DNA of 64,000 nt from Rubripirellula sp. (lineage in GTDB: Bacteria > Planctomycetota > Planctomycetia > Pirellulales > Pirellulaceae). Under the pieces are notes generated by a model, which saw only the letters and a program-made list of their open reading frames with translations, made no database searches and was not told the DNA's origin. The stretch spans positions 7,744,001 to 7,808,000 of the forward strand of contig OZ244207.1 of NCBI GenBank assembly GCA_965216875.1, read 5' to 3'. How positions within the stretch are numbered: the first letter of the stretch is position 1; every line of letters starts with the position of its first letter. Made by a program: the position numbers and the translations under genes. This document shows positions 1 to 9,241 of this stretch, one piece after another.

Positions 1-1144
1 ATGATCGATAGGCGCGTAGCGACAAGTCGATCGGGATGACGCTCGGGTAGCGATCTGGCGTGACATTGCCGAAGGTGAATTCGACCATGCCAAGCGTGCC
101 GCCTTCGACGTAGCCGTGTTGAATACGGCGTTTGCCCCCCGTGACACCGATCACACGCGACCAACCTTGACTGCCGTAGCCTTCGTCGAGACGTTCGGCA
201 CCGACATCGATCCCGTCGTCTTTGGGATCGCCGACCCGGTTGTAGAATTGGATGTCACCGTAGGATGGAACGCGAGCGCGGAAGGCACCGATCGGTGGTC
301 CGATTTCGTATTCACCGTCGTCAAAGCGACTGACAACGTGCTGGTGACCGCGGACCATGTTGGTCAATCCGACCGCGACGACTTCGCGGCTCGAGTCGGG
401 TTGGACATAGTCTTCCGGGGGTGGCATCAAGCTAAAGGTGTGACTGTGCGATCGCACGAAGTCCGTTTCACCTTCGTAGTAGTGTTCACCTTCTTTGGTC
501 TGCGTGACTTCGACCACTTCCAAGTGCGTGTGCCGCAAGCCGCGGGTGGCAAAGATGTAACTGGCCAAGCCCATTGGCACGAGCATGCATGTGCCGACAC
601 CCACGAAGCCGACCATGCGGCCGAGCACGATCTCGGTCGGTCGGACTGGCTTGGTCACGATCGTGTAGATCGTCTTGCTCTTGATATCTGCTGGCAGCGA
701 AAACGCACTGATGAAAAGTGCGAGTGCCAAAATCAAGTAGTTGGTTGCTGTGAGAACAAAGCTGATGTACAGACGAGCGGGGTCGTCACTTTCGGGGTTC
801 AAGAACCAACCGGCAAGCAACAGGAGGACGACGAACAAGCCGACCACGTAAAGGACTTTCTTGCGGATCGCTTCTTTGAACGCCAAGCGTGCCAACGCCA
901 AAACGCGACGAGGCGAAGTGCCGGGAAGGTCAAAGCGAAGCAAGTCGCGGACGACGCGTGCGACGGCATAGAATCCTTCGCCTGGTCCGTAGCGACCGGC
1001 CGAAATCATGTAACCAATGATCAGGCCCAAAACGATTGCCAAGACAATCAGCACGATGCCGTGCAGCAGGGCGCTCTCGAGAAAGTGCTCGGGGCGCATT
1101 AGCCATTCGTAGAATGACCAAAAGTCTTCCGGTTGCAGTGTCAT
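1..1144 (-). CDS. ABC transporter permease (3' end runs off the window)
   Basis: Manual translation from an ATG overlapping the ATPase stop (ATGA at 1141-1144): [46 protein letters not shown]..., multiple hydrophobic segments. Absent from the ORF track because the stop lies outside the window. Confidence 0.8.
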   Translation of the reverse strand, partial: MTLQPEDFWSFYEWLMRPEHFLESALLHGIVLIVLAIVLGLIIGYMISAGRYGPGEGFYAVARVVRDLLRFDLPGTSPRRVLALARLAFKEAIRKKVLYVVGLFVVLLLLAGWFLNPESDDPARLYISFVLTATNYLILALALFISAFSLPADIKSKTIYTIVTKPVRPTEIVLGRMVGFVGVGTCMLVPMGLASYIFATRGLRHTHLEVVEVTQTKEGEHYYEGETDFVRSHSHTFSLMPPPEDYVQPDSSREVVAVGLTNMVRGHQHVVSRFDDGEYEIGPPIGAFRARVPSYGDIQFYNRVGDPKDDGIDVGAERLDEGYGSQGWSRVIGVTGGKRRIQHGYVEGGTLGMVEFTFGNVTPDRYPSVIPIDLSLRAYRS

Positions 1145-2133
1145 TGACCAGCTTCTCCCGATCCGTCGCCGGCCTTATCGTCCGATGATGTTGCCGACAC
1201 GCGGCGAGCACCAGGACGGGCTTCGCTTTCACGTACGATGTTCAAGAACAGGTCTTCCATCGTTGCGGTGGGGTTGTCGATGCTCTTTAGGTCGCCACCG
1301 TGACGCTTGATCACTTCGGCGATTTCTGCCTTGGCTTCGTCCGAAAGCCCGCTGGCGTGAACTTCGGTCACATCCTGAACTTTCAAGAGGTCGGCGACGC
1401 GACCAAGTTCTTTCAGTTCGCCCTGGTGCAAAATCGCGACCCGGTCGCACACGTCTTGGACGTCGGCGAGTTGGTGGCTGCACAGCAAGACCGTTTTGCC
1501 TTGGTCGCGAAGAGCAAGAATCAAGTCCTTCATCTCGCGAGTACCAATCGGGTCCAAGCCGGTGGTTGGTTCGTCAAGCAGGATCAGGTCGGGGTTGTTG
1601 ATCAGGGCCTGAGCCAAGCCAACCCGGCGCGTCATCCCTTTACTGTATTCCCGCAGTTGGCGGTGCTTGGCCCCGCGAAGACCGACCAGATCGATCAGTT
1701 CTTTGACTCGCTTGGCCCGCTCGGCACCCGACATGTCGAATAGTCGGCCGTAGAAGTCGAGGGTCTCTTCGGCGGTCAAGAATTTGTACAAGTACGATTC
1801 TTCGGGCAGGTACCCGATTCGTTCGTTCTTGCTCGTCTCGCTGGCGTCTTTGTCAAAGACAAGAACGCGGCCGCTGGTTGGAAACAGCAGGCCAAGGATC
1901 AGCTTGATCGTGGTCGACTTGCCACTACCGTTCGGCCCGAGCAGTCCGAAAATCTCGCCGCGACGGACTTCGATGTCGAGCGATTTGAGAGCGTGGACTT
2001 TCTTACGACCCCAAAAGTCGCGGTAAATCTTGCTCAGGTTCCGGGTTTCAATGACGACATCGCTCGAGGCACTTTCGAGGATGGATGAGGCGGGCTCCGC
2101 AGACTCGGCAACCGCGGTCGAATCAGTATCCAC
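1141..2133 (-). CDS. ABC transporter ATP-binding protein
   Basis: Walker A GPNGSGKS, signature YSKGM, Walker [10 protein letters not shown]-loop CSH. Confidence 0.95.
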   Translation of the reverse strand: MDTDSTAVAESAEPASSILESASSDVVIETRNLSKIYRDFWGRKKVHALKSLDIEVRRGEIFGLLGPNGSGKSTTIKLILGLLFPTSGRVLVFDKDASETSKNERIGYLPEESYLYKFLTAEETLDFYGRLFDMSGAERAKRVKELIDLVGLRGAKHRQLREYSKGMTRRVGLAQALINNPDLILLDEPTTGLDPIGTREMKDLILALRDQGKTVLLCSHQLADVQDVCDRVAILHQGELKELGRVADLLKVQDVTEVHASGLSDEAKAEIAEVIKRHGGDLKSIDNPTATMEDLFLNIVRESEARPGARRVSATSSDDKAGDGSGEAGQ

Positions 2134-2358
2134 GAGCAGGAATATCCGTAGGCGGGGAATAGAAAATGAAAACGAAATGTATGGATTGCTGCGGTTGGGG
2201 GAACCGCACCAGAAAATTGGACCGGTAGCCCATCACCCGCCCCAACATGAGCGTGTGTGGGCTACCGATCCACTGAGAAATCCTTGGTGTTTAGGGGTAC
2301 GGACCGTCATGCAAAACGGTTCACACTTTTTCCCTCGTACCCCGCTCGCTCCTTCAAT

Positions 2359-2466
2359 CACCCTTCCGCTTGCGGGAGGGTCGGACGCAAAGTCCGGGGA
2401 GGGAACGATCCCCAGATATACAAACCCCCTCCGGCCCTTAGATCCCGACTCTCCCAAGGGAGAGTG
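2359..2466. repeat. REP-like palindromic doublet (CCCTTCC..GGGAGGG type)
   Basis: CACCCTTCCGCTTGCGGGAGGGTCGG...CCGGGGAGGG, then an inverted related half CCCCTCCGG...CCGACTCTCCCAAGGGAGAGTG; intergenic. Confidence 0.55.
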
Positions 2467-2470
2467 CTAA

Positions 2471-2499
2471 AGGCCCGACTCTAACGCGTTCGGCTCACG
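2471..2499. repeat. REP-like element, family A (AGGCCCGAC...CGGCTCAC)
   Basis: Related copies at 10131-10209, ~10496, 26403-26540 and 30001-30031. Confidence 0.65.
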
Positions 2500-2526
2500 A
2501 CTAGCGGGGCGATCGGCTCGATCGGC

Positions 2527-3954
2527 CTACCCTATGTTGGGGGTCTTTTGGGCGATGACGACGATCTCGTCATCCTCTTTCAACGTGTAGTCGCCCGGAT
2601 TGACCTGCATGTCGTGCCCTTTGCCGACAGCGATCAGCAGAGCCTGATGCGTGTTGCGGATTTCAACCAACGCATCGTCAAAGCTCTTTCCATAAAACGA
2701 TGGCGGCACGGCGAGACGGTAAAACTGATTGCCGTGCTGGTGCGTTAGCAGTTCTTTGAAGACGTCCATCAGGCCGCGATTCATCGCCGCTTGGGCCATC
2801 ATGTACGCGCTATGTTCGCTGCTGACGACAAAATCGTTGACCTGGCCCATCTGTAGGTGGGAGGCGTAGTCTCGGTTGTTCAGTTCGGCGCAGGTGTAGA
2901 CGCTGGGATTGATCTTCTCGGCCGTGAGCGCGGCGAGGATCGTTCGCGCGTCGGCGTCCTGCTCCGTGCGGCCCGCCGAGGTGTCGTTCAAGATGATGCA
3001 GACTTGGGCGTGTTCGATGCCGACTCGTTTGAGTGTCGGGACTTTCGTGAAGTCGTCGTTGACGAAGGTGACCTGAGCTTGAAGAGGGCCGGCGATTTCG
3101 GGCGGGTCATGTTCCCACTGCGTCACGACCACAATCGGCGTGTCGTTGCTGACATGCGAGGCTCGGTATTCTTCGATAATGATTTCGGCCTTGGCGTTCC
3201 AGCCGCAAATGACGACATGATTTTCGAGTCGATCTGAATCCAAGGTTTTCCCCTTTGTTCGCAATCGTTCGACCATAAATGCCGAAACGGTACCGGTGAA
3301 CATGGCAAAGATGGTCAGCCCCATGAACATCACAAAGACGGCGACAATGCGGCCGCCCAGTGAATCGGGGGCTTCTGGAATCGGTTCGCCAGCAAAGAGT
3401 GAATGCAGACTGAACCAAAAGGCTTCTCCGTAAGACATGCCGTTGCCGCCTTCGAACAGCATCATCGCGCTGGTTCCCAGCAGCACAGTCAACAACAGCA
3501 GACCGCATACGGTCACATATTCGAACAGGCCTTTGCGAACGATGTACGGGTAATTCGTCGACAGTCGCGACACATAGCCGAAGACGCGCAGGATCCGCAG
3601 CAGACGGAAAAAACGCATCAATCGCGATGCAAAGAAGCCCGAGAAGAGTGACGGAATCGTCGCGAGCAGGTCGATCCAATACTCGCGAAAGTAGCGTCGT
3701 GGTGACCAGGTGGCGACGAATCGCAGCGTCAGCTCGACGACAAAGAACCACGTGATGCACTCGCTGACCCATTGCACGCGATGCAACTGGCCTTCGTAGC
3801 CATCCACCGCCCCCGCCGTCAGCAGGAACTCTCCCAGCGTGAGGAAGATCGAAAAGAGGATGAGCAGGCCAATGAAGCACTCCACCACTGGCGAACGAAA
3901 AAATCGCTCGAGTGATTTTGAGACGCCTGGCCGAATTCCTCGCGATTTCCCCAT
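2527..3954 (-). CDS. Ion channel (6TM voltage-sensor-like + RCK/TrkA domains), potassium-channel family
   Basis: S4-like RFFRLLRILRV, pore-region helices, RCK motif HVVICGW, DARTILAAL, C-terminal TrkA-C-like segment. Confidence 0.85.
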   Translation of the reverse strand: MGKSRGIRPGVSKSLERFFRSPVVECFIGLLILFSIFLTLGEFLLTAGAVDGYEGQLHRVQWVSECITWFFVVELTLRFVATWSPRRYFREYWIDLLATIPSLFSGFFASRLMRFFRLLRILRVFGYVSRLSTNYPYIVRKGLFEYVTVCGLLLLTVLLGTSAMMLFEGGNGMSYGEAFWFSLHSLFAGEPIPEAPDSLGGRIVAVFVMFMGLTIFAMFTGTVSAFMVERLRTKGKTLDSDRLENHVVICGWNAKAEIIIEEYRASHVSNDTPIVVVTQWEHDPPEIAGPLQAQVTFVNDDFTKVPTLKRVGIEHAQVCIILNDTSAGRTEQDADARTILAALTAEKINPSVYTCAELNNRDYASHLQMGQVNDFVVSSEHSAYMMAQAAMNRGLMDVFKELLTHQHGNQFYRLAVPPSFYGKSFDDALVEIRNTHQALLIAVGKGHDMQVNPGDYTLKEDDEIVVIAQKTPNIG

Positions 3955-3972
3955 CGCGGCATTGTAGTGGAC

Positions 3973-3999
3973 GAACCTGCCAGCAGAAGAAGTGTCTCT
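3973..3999 (+). promoter_or_regulatory. Putative ECF (sigmaE-like) promoter GAACCT-N16-TCTCT
   Basis: Resembles GAACTT-N16-TCTGA; the predicted start falls at the 5' end of the 4003-4146 RNA. Confidence 0.4.
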
Positions 4000-4002
4000 T
4001 TC

Positions 4003-4146
4003 GGTGGCGTGCCAAATGGCGCGAAGCCTACAAACGTAGCTTAATTGGTTTAAGCATCACTTTCGAAAAGTGAAGATGAAGGTTCAAATCCTTCCGTAGC
4101 GTCGAATGACGTTGCTCATGCTTCCGTGACTCGCACGCCACTTTTT
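4003..4146 (+). ncRNA. tRNA-mimic / Y-RNA-like structured RNA
   Basis: Terminal 10-bp stem GGTGGCGTGC (4003-4012)/GCACGCCACT (4133-4142) followed by a T-run. It encloses a D arm GCTT-AATTGGTTT-AAGC, an anticodon-like arm TCACT-TTCGAAA-AGTGA and a T arm GAAGG-TTCAAAT-CCTTC. No 7-bp acceptor stem. GTCGAATG motif at 4101-4108. Confidence 0.65.
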
Positions 4147-4234
4147 CGCTCGGCGACCTTCTGTACAGGTCAGCTCGCGTCATTGGCCGACGAGTGATGT
4201 CGGATCAGCGACCGAGTGAACGACTGAATCAACG

Positions 4235-4276
4235 AAAAAGGCCCTGCTTCTTTTGCATCGAAGCAGGGCCTTTTTT
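4235..4276. terminator. Bidirectional intrinsic terminator
   Basis: AAAAAGGCCCTGCTTC-loop-GAAGCAGGGCCTTTTTT, between the + strand ncRNA and the - strand tRNA-Val. Confidence 0.85.
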
Positions 4277-4294
4277 GTAATTGAGTTGGTGAAG

Positions 4295-4368
4295 TGGGCG
4301 ATACAGAATTCGAATCTGTGACCTCCACGATGTCAACGTGGCGCTCTAACCAACTGAGCTAATCGCCC
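4295..4368 (-). tRNA. tRNA-Val(GAC)
   Basis: Reverse complement GGGCGATTAGCTCAGTTGGTTAGAGCGCCACGTTGACATCGTGGAGGTCACAGATTCGAATTCTGTATCGCCCA folds as a full cloverleaf; CCA not encoded. Confidence 0.95.
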
Positions 4369-4801
4369 GAGCTTGCCGACTTTCGTTCGGCGATAGGTTT
4401 CTCCATCGGCCGTCCGACGGTGATGATTGAGACGCCGCCGTCGAAAGTCAGGTTCGGTAGTCTGTGCAGGAGATGCCGACTCGTCAATAGTGCGTCAAAG
4501 TGGCAAATGAGAAACAGGTGCGCAGAAGCACGACCTGGGGAGACAAGAGCGGTCGCCACGCTCGCCAAAGCGTGGAGTGCTCGAGAGCGCCGCACCGTCA
4601 CATTTCACCTTAGGGCGAACCGAGAGCGTCGTCTTGACGCCCAGTTTGCTGTTTCAGCGACGAAGGCGTTTTCTAGGCCCTATTTGAACGCGGCTTGCGA
4701 CCACGACAGCTACGAATGAATACAAACCGGCCGAGACGCCTGTTCCGCTGCCTTCCCACCCCTCGTAAGCGTTAAAACTCGTGTTTTCCGCAATTTCGCT
4801 G

Positions 4802-4831
4802 TTGACGGTCGCTACCGCCGCGTCGGATACT
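4802..4831 (+). promoter_or_regulatory. Putative sigma70 promoter TTGACG-N18-GATACT
   Basis: Lies just upstream of the structured segment preceding infC. Confidence 0.4.
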
Positions 4832-4836
4832 TTGAC

Positions 4837-5016
4837 GATTGGTCTTGACCGATCCGACAGAACCCAGTCGTCATCGCTGGTGTCGGTGAGCTAGACCTTT
4901 AACTAGCACCGAGCATGAGGGGAGTGAAACGCCGACGGCTCGGGGGGACCTATCGCGTCAGAAGGACTGACGAGAATGGTCGGTCAGTGGCGGCACGTTG
5001 CCAAGACTGACAAATC
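4837..5016 (+). ncRNA. Candidate ~180-nt structured RNA (6S-like or infC leader)
   Basis: End pairing GGTCTTG/CAAGACT and TGACCGAT/GTCGGTCA; internal hairpins TCGGT-GA-GCTAG/CTAGC-ACCGA and CGTCAG/CTGACG. Confidence 0.4.
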
Positions 5017-5066
5017 ACCTTTCCTAAATGCGCCGGAACGCCCACCGGCCGGAGTCGACTTTTTTA

Positions 5067-5597
5067 GTGGCATTGGCACGCAGAAACTTTCAGCAAGAAT
5101 CCCGCGATACAGTACGCATCAACAACAACATCCGCATTTCGCCCATTCGGGTAGTCAGCGAGGAAGGCGAGCAGTTGGGGATCATCCCCACCGACGACGC
5201 CCTTCAACGTGCTCGCGACGCCGGATTGGATCTCGTCGAAGTTGCCCCTAACGAGCGTCCGCCTGTTTGCCGAATCATGGATTACGGCAAATACAAGTAC
5301 GACAAGAACAAGAAAAAGAACTCCGGGCAAACGCACACCAAGACGAAAGAAATTCGTCTTCGCCCCAAGACTGGCGAAGAGGACATTCGTACCAAGATTC
5401 GTCAGGCCGAGAAATTCCTCGAGCACAAAGACAAAGTCCAAGTCAGCGTGCTGTTCCGTGGTCGCGAGATGGCCCACATCGAGGAAGGCCAAAAGGTGAT
5501 GGAGATGGTCATCGAAACGCTCAGCACCGTTGGCAAGGTTGAAACCAAGCCACAACAACACGGGCGACGAATGATCTGCATGATCGCGCCAAAGTAG
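5067..5597 (+). CDS. infC: Translation initiation factor IF-3
   Basis: [42 protein letters not shown] motifs. Start uncertain; GTG at 5067 follows GGAG. Confidence 0.95.
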   Translation: MALARRNFQQESRDTVRINNNIRISPIRVVSEEGEQLGIIPTDDALQRARDAGLDLVEVAPNERPPVCRIMDYGKYKYDKNKKKNSGQTHTKTKEIRLRPKTGEEDIRTKIRQAEKFLEHKDKVQVSVLFRGREMAHIEEGQKVMEMVIETLSTVGKVETKPQQHGRRMICMIAPK

Positions 5598-5720
5598 CTG
5601 GCGACATTCTCTTGACGCGGCTTGCTTGAAAGCCGCGTCGACTCCAAGTGCGTCGACTCCAAGTGCGTTGATCGCAACCACACAGACTCCTCAGCGGCCC
5701 GGGCGGGAAGGAGCCAATCG

Positions 5721-6515
5721 GTGACGACTCTCGACAACCTCTGTGCACACCTTGGCCAACTCGCTCCCTTGCGTTTGGCTGAATCTTGGGACAACGTTGG
5801 CCTGTTGGTTGGCGATCGCAAACTGGCGACCGGCCGCGTGATGACCTGCCTGACGATTTCGCCAAACGTTGTCGAGGAAGCAGTCGAAAAGGATGCTGAC
5901 TTGATCGTCGTGCATCATCCCCTGCCCTTCAAAGCACTGTCCAAGATCACATCGGATACGATCACCGGCGCGATGCTGCTGAAGTTGATCGGCGCTGGCG
6001 TCGCCATCTACAGCGCTCACACCGCATTCGATTCGGCAGCCGCGGGCATCAATCAACAATGGGCCGAGCAGCTTGGGCTTGAATCGATCACGCCCCTGAT
6101 CGATCCCGAAGACGACTCGAATCCGCTGGTAGGAACGGGGCGTTGCGGCGTCCTTGCGCAACCCACGCAGCTTTCTGATTTGGTTCGTCGCGCCGCAGAG
6201 ATCGTTGGTGCAACGGTTCCACGTCGTGTCGGCCCGCCGGATCAGCAAGTGACCAAAGTTGCATTGGCTTGCGGAAGTGGCGGCAGTTTCCTGTCGTCCG
6301 CCCGCCGCAAGGGATGCGATGCGATGATCACAGGCGAAGCAACCTTTCACACTTGCCTCGAGGCCGAGTCGTCTTCGATCGGACTAGGCCTGCTCGGTCA
6401 CTATTGGAGCGAGCGGTTTGCGATGGAACGTTTGGCCGATGACTTGGCAGCCGAATTTGCCGACGTCCAGTTCTGGGCCAGCACGAGTGAGCACGACCCG
6501 ATCGAGTCGGCCTAG
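5721..6515 (+). CDS. Nif3-like dinuclear metal centre protein
   Basis: AESWDNVGLLVG, HHP, YSAHTAFD, ITGE, GHYWSE motifs; AAGGAG precedes GTG 5721. Confidence 0.92.
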   Translation: MTTLDNLCAHLGQLAPLRLAESWDNVGLLVGDRKLATGRVMTCLTISPNVVEEAVEKDADLIVVHHPLPFKALSKITSDTITGAMLLKLIGAGVAIYSAHTAFDSAAAGINQQWAEQLGLESITPLIDPEDDSNPLVGTGRCGVLAQPTQLSDLVRRAAEIVGATVPRRVGPPDQQVTKVALACGSGGSFLSSARRKGCDAMITGEATFHTCLEAESSSIGLGLLGHYWSERFAMERLADDLAAEFADVQFWASTSEHDPIESA

Positions 6516-6784
6516 GTAGCAACGCGGTGGCTGTCGTAGGCCGGATCAAGGAGCGACAGCGACGCAGATCCGGCAGGGTCCTCCATTAAAATTCGTCCAA
6601 TTCGAATGATTCGTGGTTTCTCCCGAATTCTCCCCAGAACCAAGTTTCTCCCCACGCCCGGCAATCCCCGCTGGCGGCGGACCCTTGCAAATATTGACCA
6701 TCATCTAAACGTCCATACAATTCTTAATGAAACCCGGACCTTTCCGATCCCCAGCTGGCCCCTGAAACGGGCGTTTTTCGATCC

Positions 6785-7585
6785 ATGTTGAACCGCAAAC
6801 GATGGCTTGCCGCTCTGCCCGTGTTCAACGAGGTCGACTACGTCGATGGCGTCTTGGATCAAGTCCTCGAGCACGCGAGCGATGTGTTGGTGGTCGATGA
6901 CGGTTCGACCGACGGAACTTCCGAGGTGCTCCGGTCGCGATCAGACATTTCGGTGCTTCGTCACGAGCAGAATCGAGGCTACGGTGCGGCGCTGAAGTCG
7001 GCCTTCAAGTTTTGTCTCGACGAAGGCTTCGAAGGAGTGGTCACGCTCGACTGTGACGGCCAGCACCAACCGTGTCGAATCCCTCGCTTCATCGAAGCGG
7101 CTGCGGCTGCCGACATTGTTTCGGGAAGCCGCTATCTGAAGAAATACGAAGGCGACGATGCGCCGCCACCCGAAAGGTTGTTCATCAATCGTCGGATCAC
7201 GAGCCAGTTGAACGATCGGCTCGGATTCAACCTGACCGACGCGTTTTGTGGCTTCAAGGCATACCGCCGCTCGGCTTTATCGCAGCTCACGATCACGGAC
7301 GACGGGTACGCGATGCCACTCGAATTGTGGGTCGAGGCGGCTGCCGCTGGGTTGCGGGTGATCGAAGTCCCCGTGCCGTTGATTTATCTCGACTTGAATC
7401 GATCGTTTGGCGGATCACTTGATCATTCCGAAACGCGACTTCGCTATTACAATCGAGTCCTTGATGACGCGGTTGCTCGTGTTCACCACCGCTCTGGCTT
7501 GACTCCGCCAGAACATTCCACGGGGAAGATCGACTTCCCGCCTCGATCGCAGCGACGCGATTATTGCAGCCAGGGAATTGGCTAG
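6785..7585 (+). CDS. Glycosyltransferase family 2 (DPM1-like)
   Basis: PVFNE, VVDDGSTD, NRGYG, DCDGQH, TDAFCGFKAY motifs. Confidence 0.92.
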   Translation: MLNRKRWLAALPVFNEVDYVDGVLDQVLEHASDVLVVDDGSTDGTSEVLRSRSDISVLRHEQNRGYGAALKSAFKFCLDEGFEGVVTLDCDGQHQPCRIPRFIEAAAAADIVSGSRYLKKYEGDDAPPPERLFINRRITSQLNDRLGFNLTDAFCGFKAYRRSALSQLTITDDGYAMPLELWVEAAAAGLRVIEVPVPLIYLDLNRSFGGSLDHSETRLRYYNRVLDDAVARVHHRSGLTPPEHSTGKIDFPPRSQRRDYCSQGIG

Positions 7586-7642
7586 CCTGCCAACGATTTC
7601 CCCCACACTACTTGTGGTCTAACGATTCGGAATTTGCATTCG

Positions 7643-9241
7643 ATGCCCAGCGACACGACTCATCATGAATCGGCGACGGGCTATCGCAACTACCGCGCTC
7701 CGCAAACGCATGGCACGGCGGTGATCGAACCGCCGATCGGCGACAGCGGCCAGCTGCTGGAAACGAACCGTGATCGAGCGAAGCACTACGGTGCATTTTT
7801 CGATTCGCTTCGCAGTCGCGCTCGTCGGCAAATGATCGACGATGCGATCTGCTACACGTCGGCTTACCGCAAGGTTGATTTCGTTTCGTACAGTGACGAT
7901 ACGCCGATCGTGATGGCTGGCCACCAGCCTGCGATCTTTCATCCCGGCGTCTGGTTCAAGAATTTTGCGCTCAGCCGAATCGGGCAGGATGTCGGCGGAA
8001 TCGCGATCAACCTCGCCGTCGATAACGACGTGGCATCGGGTAGCTCGATTCGAGTACCGGTTGTTGACGCGAGTGGCAATGCGACGCTTACTTCGGTTGC
8101 TTATGACCAAGCGGGCGGCGGAGTGCCCTACGAGCAGACGACCATTGGTGACCGCTCCGTCTTTGATCAGTTCGACAAGAATGTAGCCGAAGTCATTAGG
8201 CCGCTCGTCCACAACCCATGTGTTAGTGAATTCTGGAAGCATGCCGTTGCGGCTGCCAATCGTTGTGGCGTTGCCGGATGTGCGCTCGCCCAAGCAAGGC
8301 ATGGATTTGAAGACGAGCTAGGGCTCAAGACACTCGAGCTTCCACTTGGCGTGCTCTGCAAGAGTTCCGCGTTCGCCGAATTTGTGTTGGCGATCCTGAC
8401 CGAGTTGCCGTTGTTCGTTCGCTGCTACAACGAAGCGGCGGACCACTACCGCGCCGCTCACGGGATTCGCAGTTCAGCGCACCCAGTGCCGAATCTGGAC
8501 GCCGATAACGGTTGGCTCGAGGCGCCTCTTTGGATCTATGGCAACGACTCGCCCAAACGGCGCGCTGCTTGGGTTTCGATCGCTGGCGATCAGCTCGTCA
8601 TCAGCGACCGTGATCCCAACTCGCCGAAAGAGATTTCGATTGACGTCAGCCATCCCAAATTGGCCGCCGAGCAGTTGGCGTCGAAACTGTCACCCAACTT
8701 CAAGCTTCGTCCGCGAGCTTTGTTGACGACGATGTACGCAAGGCTCGTGCTGAGCGATCTCTTTTTGCACGGCATTGGTGGCGCCAAGTACGACCAACTT
8801 GGTGACAGGATCATCACGTCGTTCTTTGGGATCACGCCGCCGGAGTTCATGGTGGTTTCGGCAACGATCAAATTGCCAGGCTCTGAGGCGGATTCGCAAG
8901 AGGATGCGATCAGGAACCTGCGACGAAAATTTCGCGACACTTATTATCAGCCCGAGAGATTTGCGGGTGAAGTTTCGCTTGATGAAAACCTGCTTGCGCG
9001 CAAACGCGAGTTGCTGCAGTCGATTCCCGAGGGTTCAAAGCACGCTTGGCATCACGAGCTTTCGGGAATCAATCGTCAACTTGCTGCACAGCTCGAAGGT
9101 CTGCGCGAACGTCTCTCCCGAGAGCTTGCGGAACGTCAGCGCCGCGTCGCCTCGCAATCGATTCTTGCCAGCCGAGAGCATCCGTTTTGTTTGTTCCCCG
9201 CGGACTACCTCGCGAAGGAATTTGGCAAGCTCTTGGTTTGA
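7643..9241 (+). CDS. Conserved hypothetical protein, possibly BshC-like
   Basis: Long ORF with MAGHQP..FHPGVWFK, FLHGIGGAKYD and a C-terminal coiled coil; BshC similarity is an inference. Confidence 0.6.
   Translation: MPSDTTHHESATGYRNYRAPQTHGTAVIEPPIGDSGQLLETNRDRAKHYGAFFDSLRSRARRQMIDDAICYTSAYRKVDFVSYSDDTPIVMAGHQPAIFHPGVWFKNFALSRIGQDVGGIAINLAVDNDVASGSSIRVPVVDASGNATLTSVAYDQAGGGVPYEQTTIGDRSVFDQFDKNVAEVIRPLVHNPCVSEFWKHAVAAANRCGVAGCALAQARHGFEDELGLKTLELPLGVLCKSSAFAEFVLAILTELPLFVRCYNEAADHYRAAHGIRSSAHPVPNLDADNGWLEAPLWIYGNDSPKRRAAWVSIAGDQLVISDRDPNSPKEISIDVSHPKLAAEQLASKLSPNFKLRPRALLTTMYARLVLSDLFLHGIGGAKYDQLGDRIITSFFGITPPEFMVVSATIKLPGSEADSQEDAIRNLRRKFRDTYYQPERFAGEVSLDENLLARKRELLQSIPEGSKHAWHHELSGINRQLAAQLEGLRERLSRELAERQRRVASQSILASREHPFCLFPADYLAKEFGKLLV

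Noticed and set aside
116..1102. 328-aa + strand ORF and many similar antisense ORFs (e.g. 17511-18434, 48471-49409, 52586-53899)
   Set aside because: Shadow ORFs opposite well-supported genes, typical of GC-rich DNA.
4030..4102. Functional tRNA-Ser(CGA)
   Set aside because: Only 3 acceptor base pairs form and the long variable arm of tRNA-Ser is missing.
4837..5066. L20 leader or 5S rRNA
   Set aside because: No rpmI-rplT downstream, and no 5S conserved motifs recognised.
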